Shown piece by piece: positions 27,448 to 37,937 of a stretch of 64,000 nt of DNA. Source of the stretch: Myxococcota bacterium (GTDB taxonomy: Bacteria; Myxococcota_A; UBA9160; JAFDDA01); NCBI GenBank assembly GCA_965228475.1, contig OZ245817.1, positions 960,001 through 1,024,000 on the forward strand. The letters are read 5' to 3'. Below the pieces are notes generated by a model. The model searched no databases, was not told where the DNA came from, and was given only the letters and a program-made list of their open reading frames with translations. The stretch's first letter is position 1; the number at the start of each line of letters is the position of its first letter. The position numbers and the translations under genes are program-made.

Positions 27448-28070
27448 GCCCGGCACGCCGGAAGGGTTCGGCCGCCGCAGCAGCGGAGGAGGCCTGGGGC
27501 CGCCTCGACGAACCGGAGCGGGCGATCGCGCGCATCCTCGACGCGGCCGAACGAGCGATCGCGCGGGAAGGCGTTTCCGCGGTCGGCATGGCCGAGGTCG
27601 CGCGGGAGGCCGGCTGTTCGCGGGCGACGCTCTACCGCTACTTCCCTTCGCGCCACGCGCTCCATCTGGCCTACGTGGACCGGGCGGCCGCCGAGGTCGT
27701 CTCGCGCGTCCGCGAACGCGCCGCGGGTCTCGAAGACCCGCTCGAGCGCACCGTCGAGGCGATCATGGTCTCCGTCGCGGAGGTTCGCGCCAGTCCGGGC
27801 ATGGCCTCGTGGTTCGCCGCCGGGGATGCCGGGTCCGCCGCGCGGATGTCCCGCGCTTCGGAGGTGGTGGCGCGGCTGACCGAGGGCTTCGTCGCGGGGC
27901 TCTTCGACGGCGGGCCGCGGGGGCAGGGCGCCTCCGACCCCGCGAACCGCCTGCGCGCGCGGTTCATGGTCCGCATGATCCTCTCGCTGCTCTCGCAGCC
28001 GGGGGACGACGCCGCCGAAGAGCGGGCGCTCGTCGAGCGCTTCGTGGCGCCGGCGGTGCTCGCCGGCTAG
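27444..28070 (+). CDS. TetR-family regulator, Rv1255c-like
   Basis: RILDAAER...GM.EVAR.AGCSRATLYRYF; GTGA overlap with the P450. Confidence 0.88.
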   Translation: MSPARRKGSAAAAAEEAWGRLDEPERAIARILDAAERAIAREGVSAVGMAEVAREAGCSRATLYRYFPSRHALHLAYVDRAAAEVVSRVRERAAGLEDPLERTVEAIMVSVAEVRASPGMASWFAAGDAGSAARMSRASEVVARLTEGFVAGLFDGGPRGQGASDPANRLRARFMVRMILSLLSQPGDDAAEERALVERFVAPAVLAG

Positions 28071-28088
28071 CGCGGGAAGGCAGCGCTC

Positions 28089-28337
28089 CTAGAGGAAGCG
28101 CTGGGGCATGGCGCACAGGCAGGCGTACACGCCGAAGGCGATGCCGCCGAACAGGCCCGCGCCGGCCGGTGCGTCGGGGAAGAGCGTGTGCGCGACGACG
28201 GGCCCGGCAATCACGAAGGCCACCAGGACGACGTAGGCGAAGCCGTGCTCTCGCAGCTCCCGCACCGTCCACTGGGCCCAGGTGAGCTTGGCGGACTCGA
28301 TCGGGGTGACGTTGCTCTCGGATTCGTTCTCGCCCAC
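28089..28337 (-). CDS. Small 2-TM membrane protein
   Basis: GGAGGAG RBS; two hydrophobic helices; typical codon usage. Confidence 0.65.
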   Translation of the reverse strand: MGENESESNVTPIESAKLTWAQWTVRELREHGFAYVVLVAFVIAGPVVAHTLFPDAPAGAGLFGGIAFGVYACLCAMPQRFL

Positions 28338-28375
28338 GGGGGTCTCCTCCGGCGCTCCCGGGAGGATATCGCCGG

Positions 28376-29482
28376 TCAGGAGGCGTCGCTCGTTTCGGCG
28401 GCGTCGCCGTCCTCGGCCGGGCCGGCTTCGCCTCCGTCCTCGGCGCCCGCTGCATCGGCCTCCTCGGGCTCCGCCTCCGCCGAACCCTCGGTCGCCGCCT
28501 CGGCGGCTCCACTTCCGCCGAGGTCGAACCGCGAACGGATCTCGTCGAGGTCGTAGGGTTTCGCGAGAACGGTGTCCGCGCCGTGGCGCAGGGCGAGGGT
28601 GACGCGCCGGCGGGTCGGGTGCCCCGCGACGAGCGCGATGCGCTTCCTGCGCGTGGTCGGGTGGGAGCGCAGGGCCTGGAGGAGCTCGAGGCCCCCGTAC
28701 GCACCCAGCTCCCAGTCGATGAGGATGCCGCGCGCATCCGCCAGTTCATCGAAGCCGGCCACGACGATCTCCGAGGGATCGATCGCCCACACGCCGAGCC
28801 CGAGGTCGTCCTCCATCTCTTCGATGGCGTCGCGCGCTTCCGCGTCGGCATCCACCACGACGAGGGTGGTGCCCTCGCCGTCGTCCTCGTTCGAGCCGGC
28901 GGCGCTGGCACCGCCCGAGATCTCGCCGACCTCGTCGCCGAACCACTCCTCGAGCGTCGCCGCGGGGACCAGCAGGTCGAGGGTGGCGGTGCCGTAGGGG
29001 TCGAGGGTCGCCGTCCAGCGGGCGCGCCGGCAGGGCCCCTTCGGGATCCAGCCCGCGTCGAGGCTCGGGTGCTCGGTGATCGCGAGGTCTCCGGGCGCCA
29101 CGGCGGGCGCGCCGACGGCCTCGCCGGTTCGTCCAAGGATCGCGGCCGTCGTCTTCATGACTTCGCCGATGGCGCCGCGCAGCTCCTCGTCGGGCTCCTG
29201 CTCCCGCCGCTCCTTGATCTGGGCTTCTTCGAGGGCGAGCAGGAGGCCGGCGAAGGTCGCCGCGTCCGGCCGCGGAACGGCCAGCCAGAACCCCTGGCCG
29301 TCCGCGCCCTCGGGCGTACACGGGATGGAGACGAGCGGCGTCTCCTCGCCGGTCTTCTGAGGGTCGATGGCCTCGACGTCCGGTCCGCGCAGCCGCAGAT
29401 CCACGCCGAGCAGCGCCGCCACGTCGTTCTGGAAGGAACGCGCGAACTCGACGCAGAGCTTCTGGTAGTCGGCTTTGGCCAT
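28376..29482 (-). CDS. CheC/CheX-like domain fused to a response-regulator receiver domain
   Basis: AATFAGLLL...AIGEVMK helix; receiver VVVDAD, ILIDWEL..YGGLELL, GADTVLAKPY; acidic tail. Confidence 0.7.
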   Translation of the reverse strand: MAKADYQKLCVEFARSFQNDVAALLGVDLRLRGPDVEAIDPQKTGEETPLVSIPCTPEGADGQGFWLAVPRPDAATFAGLLLALEEAQIKERREQEPDEELRGAIGEVMKTTAAILGRTGEAVGAPAVAPGDLAITEHPSLDAGWIPKGPCRRARWTATLDPYGTATLDLLVPAATLEEWFGDEVGEISGGASAAGSNEDDGEGTTLVVVDADAEARDAIEEMEDDLGLGVWAIDPSEIVVAGFDELADARGILIDWELGAYGGLELLQALRSHPTTRRKRIALVAGHPTRRRVTLALRHGADTVLAKPYDLDEIRSRFDLGGSGAAEAATEGSAEAEPEEADAAGAEDGGEAGPAEDGDAAETSDAS

Positions 29483-29658
29483 GGTGCTACGCGGGGCGCA
29501 ACTCGGGTGCCCCAGGAATGGGTCGGCTGGTCGAGAACGGGGCATCCCGGGTTTTTCTTCGGGATCTCTCCACGCATGCGCGCGTCGACGCTTGTTGCCG
29601 GTCCCCTGCGCTCGCGTTGCCGCCCGGCGAAACGCGGCTGCCGCTCGGCACCGTCGGG

Positions 29659-30672
29659 CTAGGCCGATCCGAGCGCGTCGACGATGTCCGCGTAGAGCGC
29701 CTCGTCCGGAGCGAAGGGCGCGACGAGCGCGAGGCGATCGACGAGGCCTGCGTAGCGGTCGCGCAGGCGCGCCGCGATCTCGCGGCGGGGGCCGACCACG
29801 GCGATGGCCTCGAGCAGGTCGTCGTCGATGCGGCCGGCCATCTCGAGCCACTTGCCTTCCTTCGAGAGCCGGCGGAGCTCCGTCTGGAGCTCGCCCCGGC
29901 CGAGCTGGTCGAGGACCGGGCGGTAGGCCGGCGTCGATCCGTAGAAGGAGATCTGCGCGCGGGCGCCGTCTCGGGCGCGTTCGATCTCTTCGTCGGTCTC
30001 GCCCGTCGCGAGGATCACCTGCCCGGCGATCTCGATCGCCTCTCGTGCGCGCCCGCCCCGGGCCGCGCCGCGCTCGAGCGCGGGGAGCGTCTGCTCGCGC
30101 AGGAACTCCGTCGTGTGGAAGGGATGCACGAAGAAGCCGTCCGCGACCTCGCCCGCCACCTCCGTCATGCGCGGCCCGACGCCCGCGCAGAAGATGCGCG
30201 GCAGTCCGAAGGGGTTCGGCCCGGGGTCGAACACCGGCGTCATCAGGGTGTGTTCGTAGAACTCGCCACGGAACGCCAGCGGTGTCCCATTCTGCCAGCG
30301 GTCCCAGATGGCGCGGACCGCCAGGATCATCTCGCGCATGCGCGCGGCCGGGCGCGACCACGTCATGCTGTAGCGCCGCTCGACGTGGGGCCGGATCTGG
30401 GTTCCCAGGCCGAGGATGAAGCGGCCTCGGGAGAGCAGCTGAAGGTCGTAGGCCGTGTTCGCGAGGGTCATCGGGTTGCGGGCGAAGGCGACGGCGATGG
30501 CGGTCATCAGCTCGAGCCGCTCGGTCTGCTGCGCGGCGACGGCGACGGGCAGGAACGGATCGTGGCGGCCCTCGAAGGTGAAGGCGCCCCCGTAACCGGC
30601 GGCTTCGAGCCTCGCGGCCAGGGGGCCCGCCTCGGCCGGGTCGTCGACCAGCATGGCTCCGTCGATCTTCAT
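29659..30672 (-). CDS. LLM-class F420-dependent oxidoreductase (TIGR03617-type)
   Basis: EGRHDPFL, TAIAVAFARNPM, GRFILGLGTQIRPHVERRYS, FYGSTPAY. Confidence 0.9.
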   Translation of the reverse strand: MKIDGAMLVDDPAEAGPLAARLEAAGYGGAFTFEGRHDPFLPVAVAAQQTERLELMTAIAVAFARNPMTLANTAYDLQLLSRGRFILGLGTQIRPHVERRYSMTWSRPAARMREMILAVRAIWDRWQNGTPLAFRGEFYEHTLMTPVFDPGPNPFGLPRIFCAGVGPRMTEVAGEVADGFFVHPFHTTEFLREQTLPALERGAARGGRAREAIEIAGQVILATGETDEEIERARDGARAQISFYGSTPAYRPVLDQLGRGELQTELRRLSKEGKWLEMAGRIDDDLLEAIAVVGPRREIAARLRDRYAGLVDRLALVAPFAPDEALYADIVDALGSA

Positions 30673-30721
30673 CGCTTCTCCTCGCGCCGGTCGGCACGCA
30701 ACGTCGGTATGATCAACCCGC

Positions 30722-31549
30722 ATGTTCGAAGACATCCGCTTCGAAGTCGAGTCGGGCGTGGCCACGGTCACGCTCGACCGTCCCGGCCAGCGCAACGCCT
30801 TCAGTGGCCGCATGGGGGAGGAACTCGGCGAGGCCTTCACGCGCTGCGACGCGGACGACGCGATTCGCGCCGTCGTCCTGACCGGCGCCGGTGACGCCTT
30901 CTGCGTCGGCGCCGACATGAGTGCGGGGGCCGAGACCTTCGCGAAGCAGGACGCGAGCGGCTTCAGCGCTACGCCCGTCGCGCCCGCGCCGTGGGACGTG
31001 CGCAAGCCCGTCATCGCGGCCCTGAACGGCCACGCCGTCGGACTCGGCCTGACCCTCGCCCTGCAGTGCGACGTCCGCATCGTCGCCGACGAAGGCAAGT
31101 ACGGCGTTCTCCAGGTGCGCCGCGGGGTCATGCCCGACGCCTGCGCGCACTTCACCCTGCCGCGCATCGTCGGCTTCGAGCGAGCGGCCTGGCTGCTGCT
31201 CACCGGCACGAAGGTCGGCGGCGCCGAGGCGGCCGCGCTCGGCCTGGCCCTGCGTTCGCTGCCGGCGGGGGAGGTGCTCGCCGCGGCGCTCGAGATGGCC
31301 CGGGACGTCGCCGCGAACACCGCTCCCCTCTCGGTCGCCGTGACCAAACGCCTGTTGTGGCAGAGCCCCGGCCTGAGCCGTGCGGAGGTGGAGCGCTTCG
31401 AGACGGAGCTTCACCACCACCTGATGGGTGGCCCCGACGCGCTCGAGGGTGGGAAGGCCTACTTCGAGCGAAGGCCGCCGGAGTTCACCGGTTCGCCCAC
31501 GAAAGACTGGCCGGTCTGGCCCAAGCCGGATCGCGGGCGGCATGGTTGA
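30722..31549 (+). CDS. Enoyl-CoA hydratase/isomerase family protein
   Basis: TLDRPGQRNA, AFCVGADM, KPVIAALNGHAVG, FERRPPEF. Confidence 0.9.
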   Translation: MFEDIRFEVESGVATVTLDRPGQRNAFSGRMGEELGEAFTRCDADDAIRAVVLTGAGDAFCVGADMSAGAETFAKQDASGFSATPVAPAPWDVRKPVIAALNGHAVGLGLTLALQCDVRIVADEGKYGVLQVRRGVMPDACAHFTLPRIVGFERAAWLLLTGTKVGGAEAAALGLALRSLPAGEVLAAALEMARDVAANTAPLSVAVTKRLLWQSPGLSRAEVERFETELHHHLMGGPDALEGGKAYFERRPPEFTGSPTKDWPVWPKPDRGRHG

Positions 31550-31615
31550 CCGTCGACGTGGCGGAAGCGTATGTAGGGCAGTCGGAGTCATCGTGAACCT
31601 CGAGCCGGAGTCCGC

Positions 31616-33721
31616 GTGAGCCTCGAATCGACCGACGTCGCCTGGGCCTGGTTCCTCGCGACCCTCGTCTTCCTGATCCTGCTCGGGACGGGACGGGTCC
31701 TGCGCGGGAACTTCCTCGGCGAGCTGCCCTTCGGCGGCGGCGTCGTGCTCTCGGCGGCTCTCGGCATCTTTGTCTACTCGATGCTCTGGATGGGGCTCGG
31801 CCACTTCGGTGCGCTCCACGCGCCGTGGCCGTGGGCGGTCTTCGGGCTGGGCGTGCTGCTCGCCTTGCCGGGCCTCCTCTTCACGCTGCGCGACGCACGC
31901 GCGCCGGCCGCGGGTCTCGAGCCCGGCTTCGGCCCCCGGTGGTTCGCCGGCGGGGCGTGGTTCTTCCTGCTCGCCTCGCTGCTCGTTTCCGTGCTCTGGA
32001 TCTCCGGCGTCACGAGCTACGGCGGGATCGGCTTCCTCTTCGAGCGCGCCGGTCTCGACTACGCCGCCGGCCACACCTTCTACGATGCGGGCTTCCCGCG
32101 CGATCCCTTCCTCGGAGACGAACCGCTCGACCTCTGGCTCTTCGGCCTGGGTGCGCCGCTCGCCTCGCTCGCGCTCTCCTGGTGGCTCGGCGTCGCGATC
32201 CTGTTCGGGGTGTGCGGCCTCGGCTGGAGGCTCCACCACCACGCGGCCGGGCTCGCTGCGGCGGGGGTCCTCGCGCTCGTCCTGTTCGCCTCGGACCGGC
32301 CGCTCTTCTTCGGGCCGGCGCTCCCCGCGGCCGTCGCGCTCGTCGCGGTCCTCGTCCTCCTGGTCGAGAGCCGCGGTGCGCCGCACCTCGGGCGCACGCT
32401 CACCGCGGGCGGGCTCGGAGGGTTCGCGCTGATCTCGGACCTCGGCGCCCTCGCGGTGTTGCTGCCGCTCCTCTTGTTCGGTCCGCTCTGGTGCAAGACG
32501 CTGCCGGGCGCTTCCGTCGACGGCGCAGGCAAGTGGGGCACGCCCCTGCGCCACACCGGGCTCGGTCTCCTCGCGCTCTTGATCCCGCTCCTGCCGTGGA
32601 TGGCGCGGAGCGCGGCCTGGACGGGGGACCCGTGCTTCGGCTTCGACCCGGAGTTCGTGGTCGAATCCGACTACCGCTTCTACGACGCCGACCGCGAGCT
32701 CGACGGCTTCCAGCCGAGCTTCCGTTTCGGCCGCCAGGAGATCGAGGAGCTCGTCCGCCCGCGCATCCGCATCGACGAAGGGGAGGGCGAGGACGCGGGC
32801 GAGAACCGGACGGCCCTCGTGACCGAGGACCTCCGGGACCTCGTGAGGCCGCGGCTCCAGATCGATCCGCTCTTCGTCGACTACGACGTCGACTTCGGCG
32901 CGGCCGTGCTCGACGACACCGACTTCTTCGACGGCTACCTGTGTGCGACGGAGTGGGGCCTCGGGATTCTGCTCGCCGCCCTGCTCGCGCCGTTCACCGT
33001 GCTCGGGCCCCGGCGGCGCGAGCGGTTCTTCCAGATCCTGCCGGCGGTCGGAGGCTACGCCGCCGGCGCCTACCTGGGCGACTTCGAGACCACGACGCCC
33101 GCGGCGCTCGCCTTCCTTTCCGTCGGTGCCGGCCAGGCTCTCTACGACGTGCGCGGATGCGGATCCACCGGGCGCAACCTGACCTACGGCGGCACGCTCG
33201 CGACCGGAGGGCTCGCCCTCGGGCTGAGCGGCGCCCACGACTGCGGCTACTGGCCGAGCTGGGGGGACTACCCGAACTTCCCGCAGTTCGAGTTCGTCCA
33301 GCTCGAAGACGAGCCGCAGCGCGTCGGCCTCGACGGCTACGAGCTCCGCCTCCGCTACTACTGGGACGAGAACTACGGCGAGGACCTGCCCGCTGCCGAC
33401 CCGCAGGTCGCGCCCCCGACGCTCGGAACCGACGACGAAGAGCCGGAGATCGATCTCGGTGTCGGGCTGAAGTACGACTACGACCGAGGCCTCGACCTCA
33501 AGGGGCAGTATCGCGACGACGCGGTCGACGCGACCGGCACGTCCCCCACGCCGGAGACGCTCCCGAATCAGGGCGCCCGGCCCGGTCCGAAGGTGCCGAC
33601 CTTCCGCCCCGACCCGAACGTGCAGCCCAACCTGCAGCCCGCACCCAAGATTCCGGTGCAGCCGCGGAACATGCCGCAGCAGAACCCCGGCTCGAAGTCC
33701 TATCCGGGGCCGCGGAACTAG
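31616..33721 (+). CDS. Multi-pass membrane protein (GT-C/ArnT-like topology) with acidic loops and Pro/Gln-rich tail
   Basis: More than 10 hydrophobic segments; PW..R....TGDP motif; low-complexity C-terminus. Confidence 0.6.
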   Translation: MSLESTDVAWAWFLATLVFLILLGTGRVLRGNFLGELPFGGGVVLSAALGIFVYSMLWMGLGHFGALHAPWPWAVFGLGVLLALPGLLFTLRDARAPAAGLEPGFGPRWFAGGAWFFLLASLLVSVLWISGVTSYGGIGFLFERAGLDYAAGHTFYDAGFPRDPFLGDEPLDLWLFGLGAPLASLALSWWLGVAILFGVCGLGWRLHHHAAGLAAAGVLALVLFASDRPLFFGPALPAAVALVAVLVLLVESRGAPHLGRTLTAGGLGGFALISDLGALAVLLPLLLFGPLWCKTLPGASVDGAGKWGTPLRHTGLGLLALLIPLLPWMARSAAWTGDPCFGFDPEFVVESDYRFYDADRELDGFQPSFRFGRQEIEELVRPRIRIDEGEGEDAGENRTALVTEDLRDLVRPRLQIDPLFVDYDVDFGAAVLDDTDFFDGYLCATEWGLGILLAALLAPFTVLGPRRRERFFQILPAVGGYAAGAYLGDFETTTPAALAFLSVGAGQALYDVRGCGSTGRNLTYGGTLATGGLALGLSGAHDCGYWPSWGDYPNFPQFEFVQLEDEPQRVGLDGYELRLRYYWDENYGEDLPAADPQVAPPTLGTDDEEPEIDLGVGLKYDYDRGLDLKGQYRDDAVDATGTSPTPETLPNQGARPGPKVPTFRPDPNVQPNLQPAPKIPVQPRNMPQQNPGSKSYPGPRN

Positions 33722-33750
33722 GGGCGTCGCGAGGGCGCGGAGGCCGCCGG

Positions 33751-34656
<906 letters not shown>

Positions 34657-34724
34657 GCCCGGAGTGTGGCACGGACCGCTCGCGATGGGGAGTCGGAAAC
34701 GCCGTGGCTCCGGGCCTTCCGGCG

Positions 34725-35819
34725 CTAGGCCCCGTCGAAGGCGATGACCGAGCGGGCGACCTCGCCCTTCTTCATGGCCTCGATGGCCTCGTTCACACCG
34801 TCGAGTTCGATGCGCCGCGAGATCATCTCGTCGAGCTTCAGGCGGCCGTCGAGGTAGAAGTTCACGTAGGTCGGCATGTCGATGCGGAAGCGGTTCGAGC
34901 CCATCATCGAGCCGAGGATGCGCTTCTCCTGGAGAACGAGCATCGCCTGGTGGAACTCGAGCATCTGCCCGACCGGAGCGACGCCGACGCACACCGCGGC
35001 GCCCCCGGCCCGCACCATGTTGACGGCCTGGTTCACGGTGGGCTTCAGACCAATGCACTCGAAGGCGTAATCGGCACCGCCGCCGGTGGCGCCGAGCACG
35101 GCCATGGTGGGGTCGCCGTCGGCGGCGTTCACGACGTCCGTGGCGCCGAGCTTCTGGGCGAGCTCGAGCTTCCAGCTCTCCGTGTCGACCGCGAAGATCC
35201 GGCTGGCCCCTGCGATGCGGCAGCCCTGGATGGCGGCCAGGCCGACGCCGCCGCAGCCGATTACGACGGTCGTGCTGCCGGGCTCGACGCGCGCCGTGCG
35301 CAGGGCCGCTCCCAGCCCCGTCGTCACGCCGCAGCCGATCAGGGCCGCGCGGTCGAGGGGCATCTCGGGCGAGATCTTCACGAGCGCGCGCTCGTGGGTG
35401 AGCATCTGCTCGGCGAAGGAGGAGAGGTTCGCGAACTGCGGGATGGCCTCGCCGTCCTTCGAGAGCCGGGGCGCTTCCTCGGCCGAGCGCTGCAGGGAGT
35501 CGGCGTTCTGGCAGAGGTACGGGCGCCCCTTCATGCAGGATTCGCAGCTTCCGCAGAACGCGGAGAGGCAGCCGATCACGTGGTCGCCGGGTGCGAAATC
35601 GCGCACGTCGCTGCCCACGGCCTCGACGACGCCGGCCGGTTCGTGGCCGAGCACCGTCGGCGGCGGCATCGGCAGGTTGCCCTCGATGACGTGGAGGTCG
35701 CTGTGGCAGATGCCCGAGGCCACGGTGCGAAGGAGCACCTCGTTCGGGCCGGGCTTGTCGATTGCGATGTCTTCGATTTCGAGCGGGGCGTGGTTCGCCC
35801 GCATCACGGCGGCTTTCAT
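34725..35819 (-). CDS. Zn-dependent alcohol dehydrogenase (class III-like)
   Basis: GICHSD, LGHE, CGSCESC..G...C, GCGGVG. Confidence 0.93.
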   Translation of the reverse strand: MKAAVMRANHAPLEIEDIAIDKPGPNEVLLRTVASGICHSDLHVIEGNLPMPPPTVLGHEPAGVVEAVGSDVRDFAPGDHVIGCLSAFCGSCESCMKGRPYLCQNADSLQRSAEEAPRLSKDGEAIPQFANLSSFAEQMLTHERALVKISPEMPLDRAALIGCGVTTGLGAALRTARVEPGSTTVVIGCGGVGLAAIQGCRIAGASRIFAVDTESWKLELAQKLGATDVVNAADGDPTMAVLGATGGGADYAFECIGLKPTVNQAVNMVRAGGAAVCVGVAPVGQMLEFHQAMLVLQEKRILGSMMGSNRFRIDMPTYVNFYLDGRLKLDEMISRRIELDGVNEAIEAMKKGEVARSVIAFDGA

Positions 35820-35857
35820 CGGTGCCTCTCTTCGTCGGTGGGAACCCGACGCGCATT

Positions 35858-36886
35858 CTATCCCGCCGCGTCCCCCTTGTGTTTCCAATCCGCGACGACG
35901 TCGGCCCAGAAGTGGGGGTCCGGGCAGCGGTTGTGGGTCACGCTCACGCCGTCGGCGATGCCCTCGAGCCGGGCGCGGAGCTTGCCGGCGATCTCCCGCC
36001 GCTCTCCGACGACGGCGAGGGTCTCGAGGATCTCGTCGTCGATCAGCTCGGCCATCTCGTCCCAGCGCCCCTCCTTGGACATCCGATTCAGGCGCGGGTG
36101 GAGGCCCTCCCAGCCGTGGCATTCGAGGGTGCGTGCGTACGCCGGGGTCGATCCGTAAAAGGCCAGGTGCTTGCGCGCGGCGAGCTTCGAGCGCTCGAAG
36201 GCCTCTTCGTCGTCGGCGGTGACGACCATCGTCGCGCACACGAGTTCGAGCTGCTCGCGGGATCGGCCGCTCTTCGCGAGGCCGCGCTCGAGCGCCGGCA
36301 GGGTCTGCTCGAGCAGCGACTGGCGGCTCGTGAACGGGTGGCCGAAGAAGGCGTCCGCGACCTCGCCGGCGACCTCCGTCATGCGCGGCCCCACGCCGGC
36401 GACGGCGATGGGCGGCGGGCCGAAGGGGTTCGGCCCGGGGTCGAAGGCCGGGATCATGATCGTGTGGGTGTAGTACTCGCCGCGGTGCTCGAGCGGCGTC
36501 CCCTCCTGCCAGCGCGCGAAGATCGCGCGCACCGCCTGGACGATCTCCCGCATGCGCGAGGCCGGCTTGCCCCAGGGCATGCTGAAGCGCTTCTCGACGT
36601 GGGGGCGCACCTGGGATCCAAGCCCCAGGATGAAGCGGCCCCCGCTGATCGACTGGAGCCCCCAGGCCAGGCTCGCCAGGTTCATCGGGTTGCGCGCGAA
36701 GGCGATCGCGATCGCCGTGCCGAGGCGCAGGCGCTCGGTGTTCTCGGCGGCGAGCACGAGCGGCAGGAAGGGGTCGAGCTTCGCCTCGAAGCTGAAGGCG
36801 CCGTCGTAGCCGATCGCCTCGAGCTTGCGGAAGGACTCGCGCGCGTCGCGCGGGTCCTCCATCGGAGCGGTGGTGTAGATCTTCAT
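35858..36886 (-). CDS. LLM-class F420-dependent oxidoreductase (TIGR03617-type), second paralog
   Basis: EAKLDPFL, TAIAIAFARNPM, GRFILGLGSQVRPHVEKRFS, FYGSTPAY. Confidence 0.9.
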   Translation of the reverse strand: MKIYTTAPMEDPRDARESFRKLEAIGYDGAFSFEAKLDPFLPLVLAAENTERLRLGTAIAIAFARNPMNLASLAWGLQSISGGRFILGLGSQVRPHVEKRFSMPWGKPASRMREIVQAVRAIFARWQEGTPLEHRGEYYTHTIMIPAFDPGPNPFGPPPIAVAGVGPRMTEVAGEVADAFFGHPFTSRQSLLEQTLPALERGLAKSGRSREQLELVCATMVVTADDEEAFERSKLAARKHLAFYGSTPAYARTLECHGWEGLHPRLNRMSKEGRWDEMAELIDDEILETLAVVGERREIAGKLRARLEGIADGVSVTHNRCPDPHFWADVVADWKHKGDAAG

Positions 36887-36902
36887 GCGGAGGAGGTCGT
36901 TC

Positions 36903-37856
36903 TCAGCCGCCGAGGAACCGGTTCATCCCCTCGACGCCGTCGGAGCTCCGATCCTCGGAGTACTGGTACTCCGGGTCGAGCAGCTCGTTGATGTGGTCCA
37001 TCACGACGTCGGTCATGGCCTGGAACTTCTCGCGGTGGATGCCGGCCTCGAGCGTGAAGGGATGGAAGGCCTCGCTCACCCGGTGCGCTCCGAGCTCGGG
37101 GCCTTCGAGCGCGAGCGGCCGGCCGATGCGGTAGACGATGCGGCCGCCGGAGGCGAAGGGGCTGTTGCCCGGGTAGACCTTGTCCGAGCCGTTGCAGCCC
37201 ACCGGCACGACGTCCACGCCGAGATGCTGTGCCACCTGGGCGACGCCGATGTGGCCGCGCGAGAGATGGATCGAGCGCGTTCCCTGCGGAAAGACGAGCA
37301 GGTGCTGGCCGAACTCGAGGGCGAGCCGGTTGAGCCGCATCACCTCCTCGATCATTCGCTCGAAGAGGGCCGAGAAGTCCCGCAGGAAGCCCTTCAGATC
37401 CCCGACCGCGGCGACGAGGGCTTCGGGGGCTTCCTCGGTCTTGCCGTCGGCCAGGTCGCGCAGGGCGCGGTACTCGTCGCCGTCCGGGGCGCGGCCGGCC
37501 ACGCGGCGGAACTCCGTCGAGATCACGTAGCCGCGCGAGGGCAGGGGGATGTTGTTCATGGCATCCATGAACGCGCCCATGGCGGCGTTCTCGTAGTACT
37601 TGCCCTTGACCCAGGTGGCGGTGTAGCCGAGCCGCTGGCGGTAGAGCTGGTACTGGAACGGCCAGTAGTTGTACCGGTCCGTGTGGTTCATCGCGAGGAC
37701 GTAGCTCTTGCCCGGGGCGAGGTTCTCGGTGCCCTCGAGGACGATCTCGGTCTTGCGCGGGAAGGCGTAGTCGAGCCGCAGGATCTCGGCCATGAAGCGC
37801 TGGCCCCAGGGAATCCGTCGGAGCTTCACGCGTTCGAGACGGGCAAGGTCGAGCAT
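36903..37856 (-). CDS. Lysophospholipid acyltransferase-family protein
   Basis: NHTDRY (variant HX4D block), FPQGTRS, VVPVGCNGSD. Confidence 0.75.
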   Translation of the reverse strand: MLDLARLERVKLRRIPWGQRFMAEILRLDYAFPRKTEIVLEGTENLAPGKSYVLAMNHTDRYNYWPFQYQLYRQRLGYTATWVKGKYYENAAMGAFMDAMNNIPLPSRGYVISTEFRRVAGRAPDGDEYRALRDLADGKTEEAPEALVAAVGDLKGFLRDFSALFERMIEEVMRLNRLALEFGQHLLVFPQGTRSIHLSRGHIGVAQVAQHLGVDVVPVGCNGSDKVYPGNSPFASGGRIVYRIGRPLALEGPELGAHRVSEAFHPFTLEAGIHREKFQAMTDVVMDHINELLDPEYQYSEDRSSDGVEGMNRFLGG

Positions 37857-37863
37857 GCCCCCA

Positions 37864-37892
37864 ATGTTGCGGCCTGGGCGAAGGCCCGTCAA
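37864..37892 (-). promoter_or_regulatory. Sigma70-type promoter, probably leaderless transcript
   Basis: TTGACG-17 nt-CAACAT, 7 nt before ATG 37856. Confidence 0.65.
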
Positions 37893-37937
37893 ATTTCCCG
37901 GGTGCCGCGGGAGCGGGGCGCTTCACGGGAGAACACC

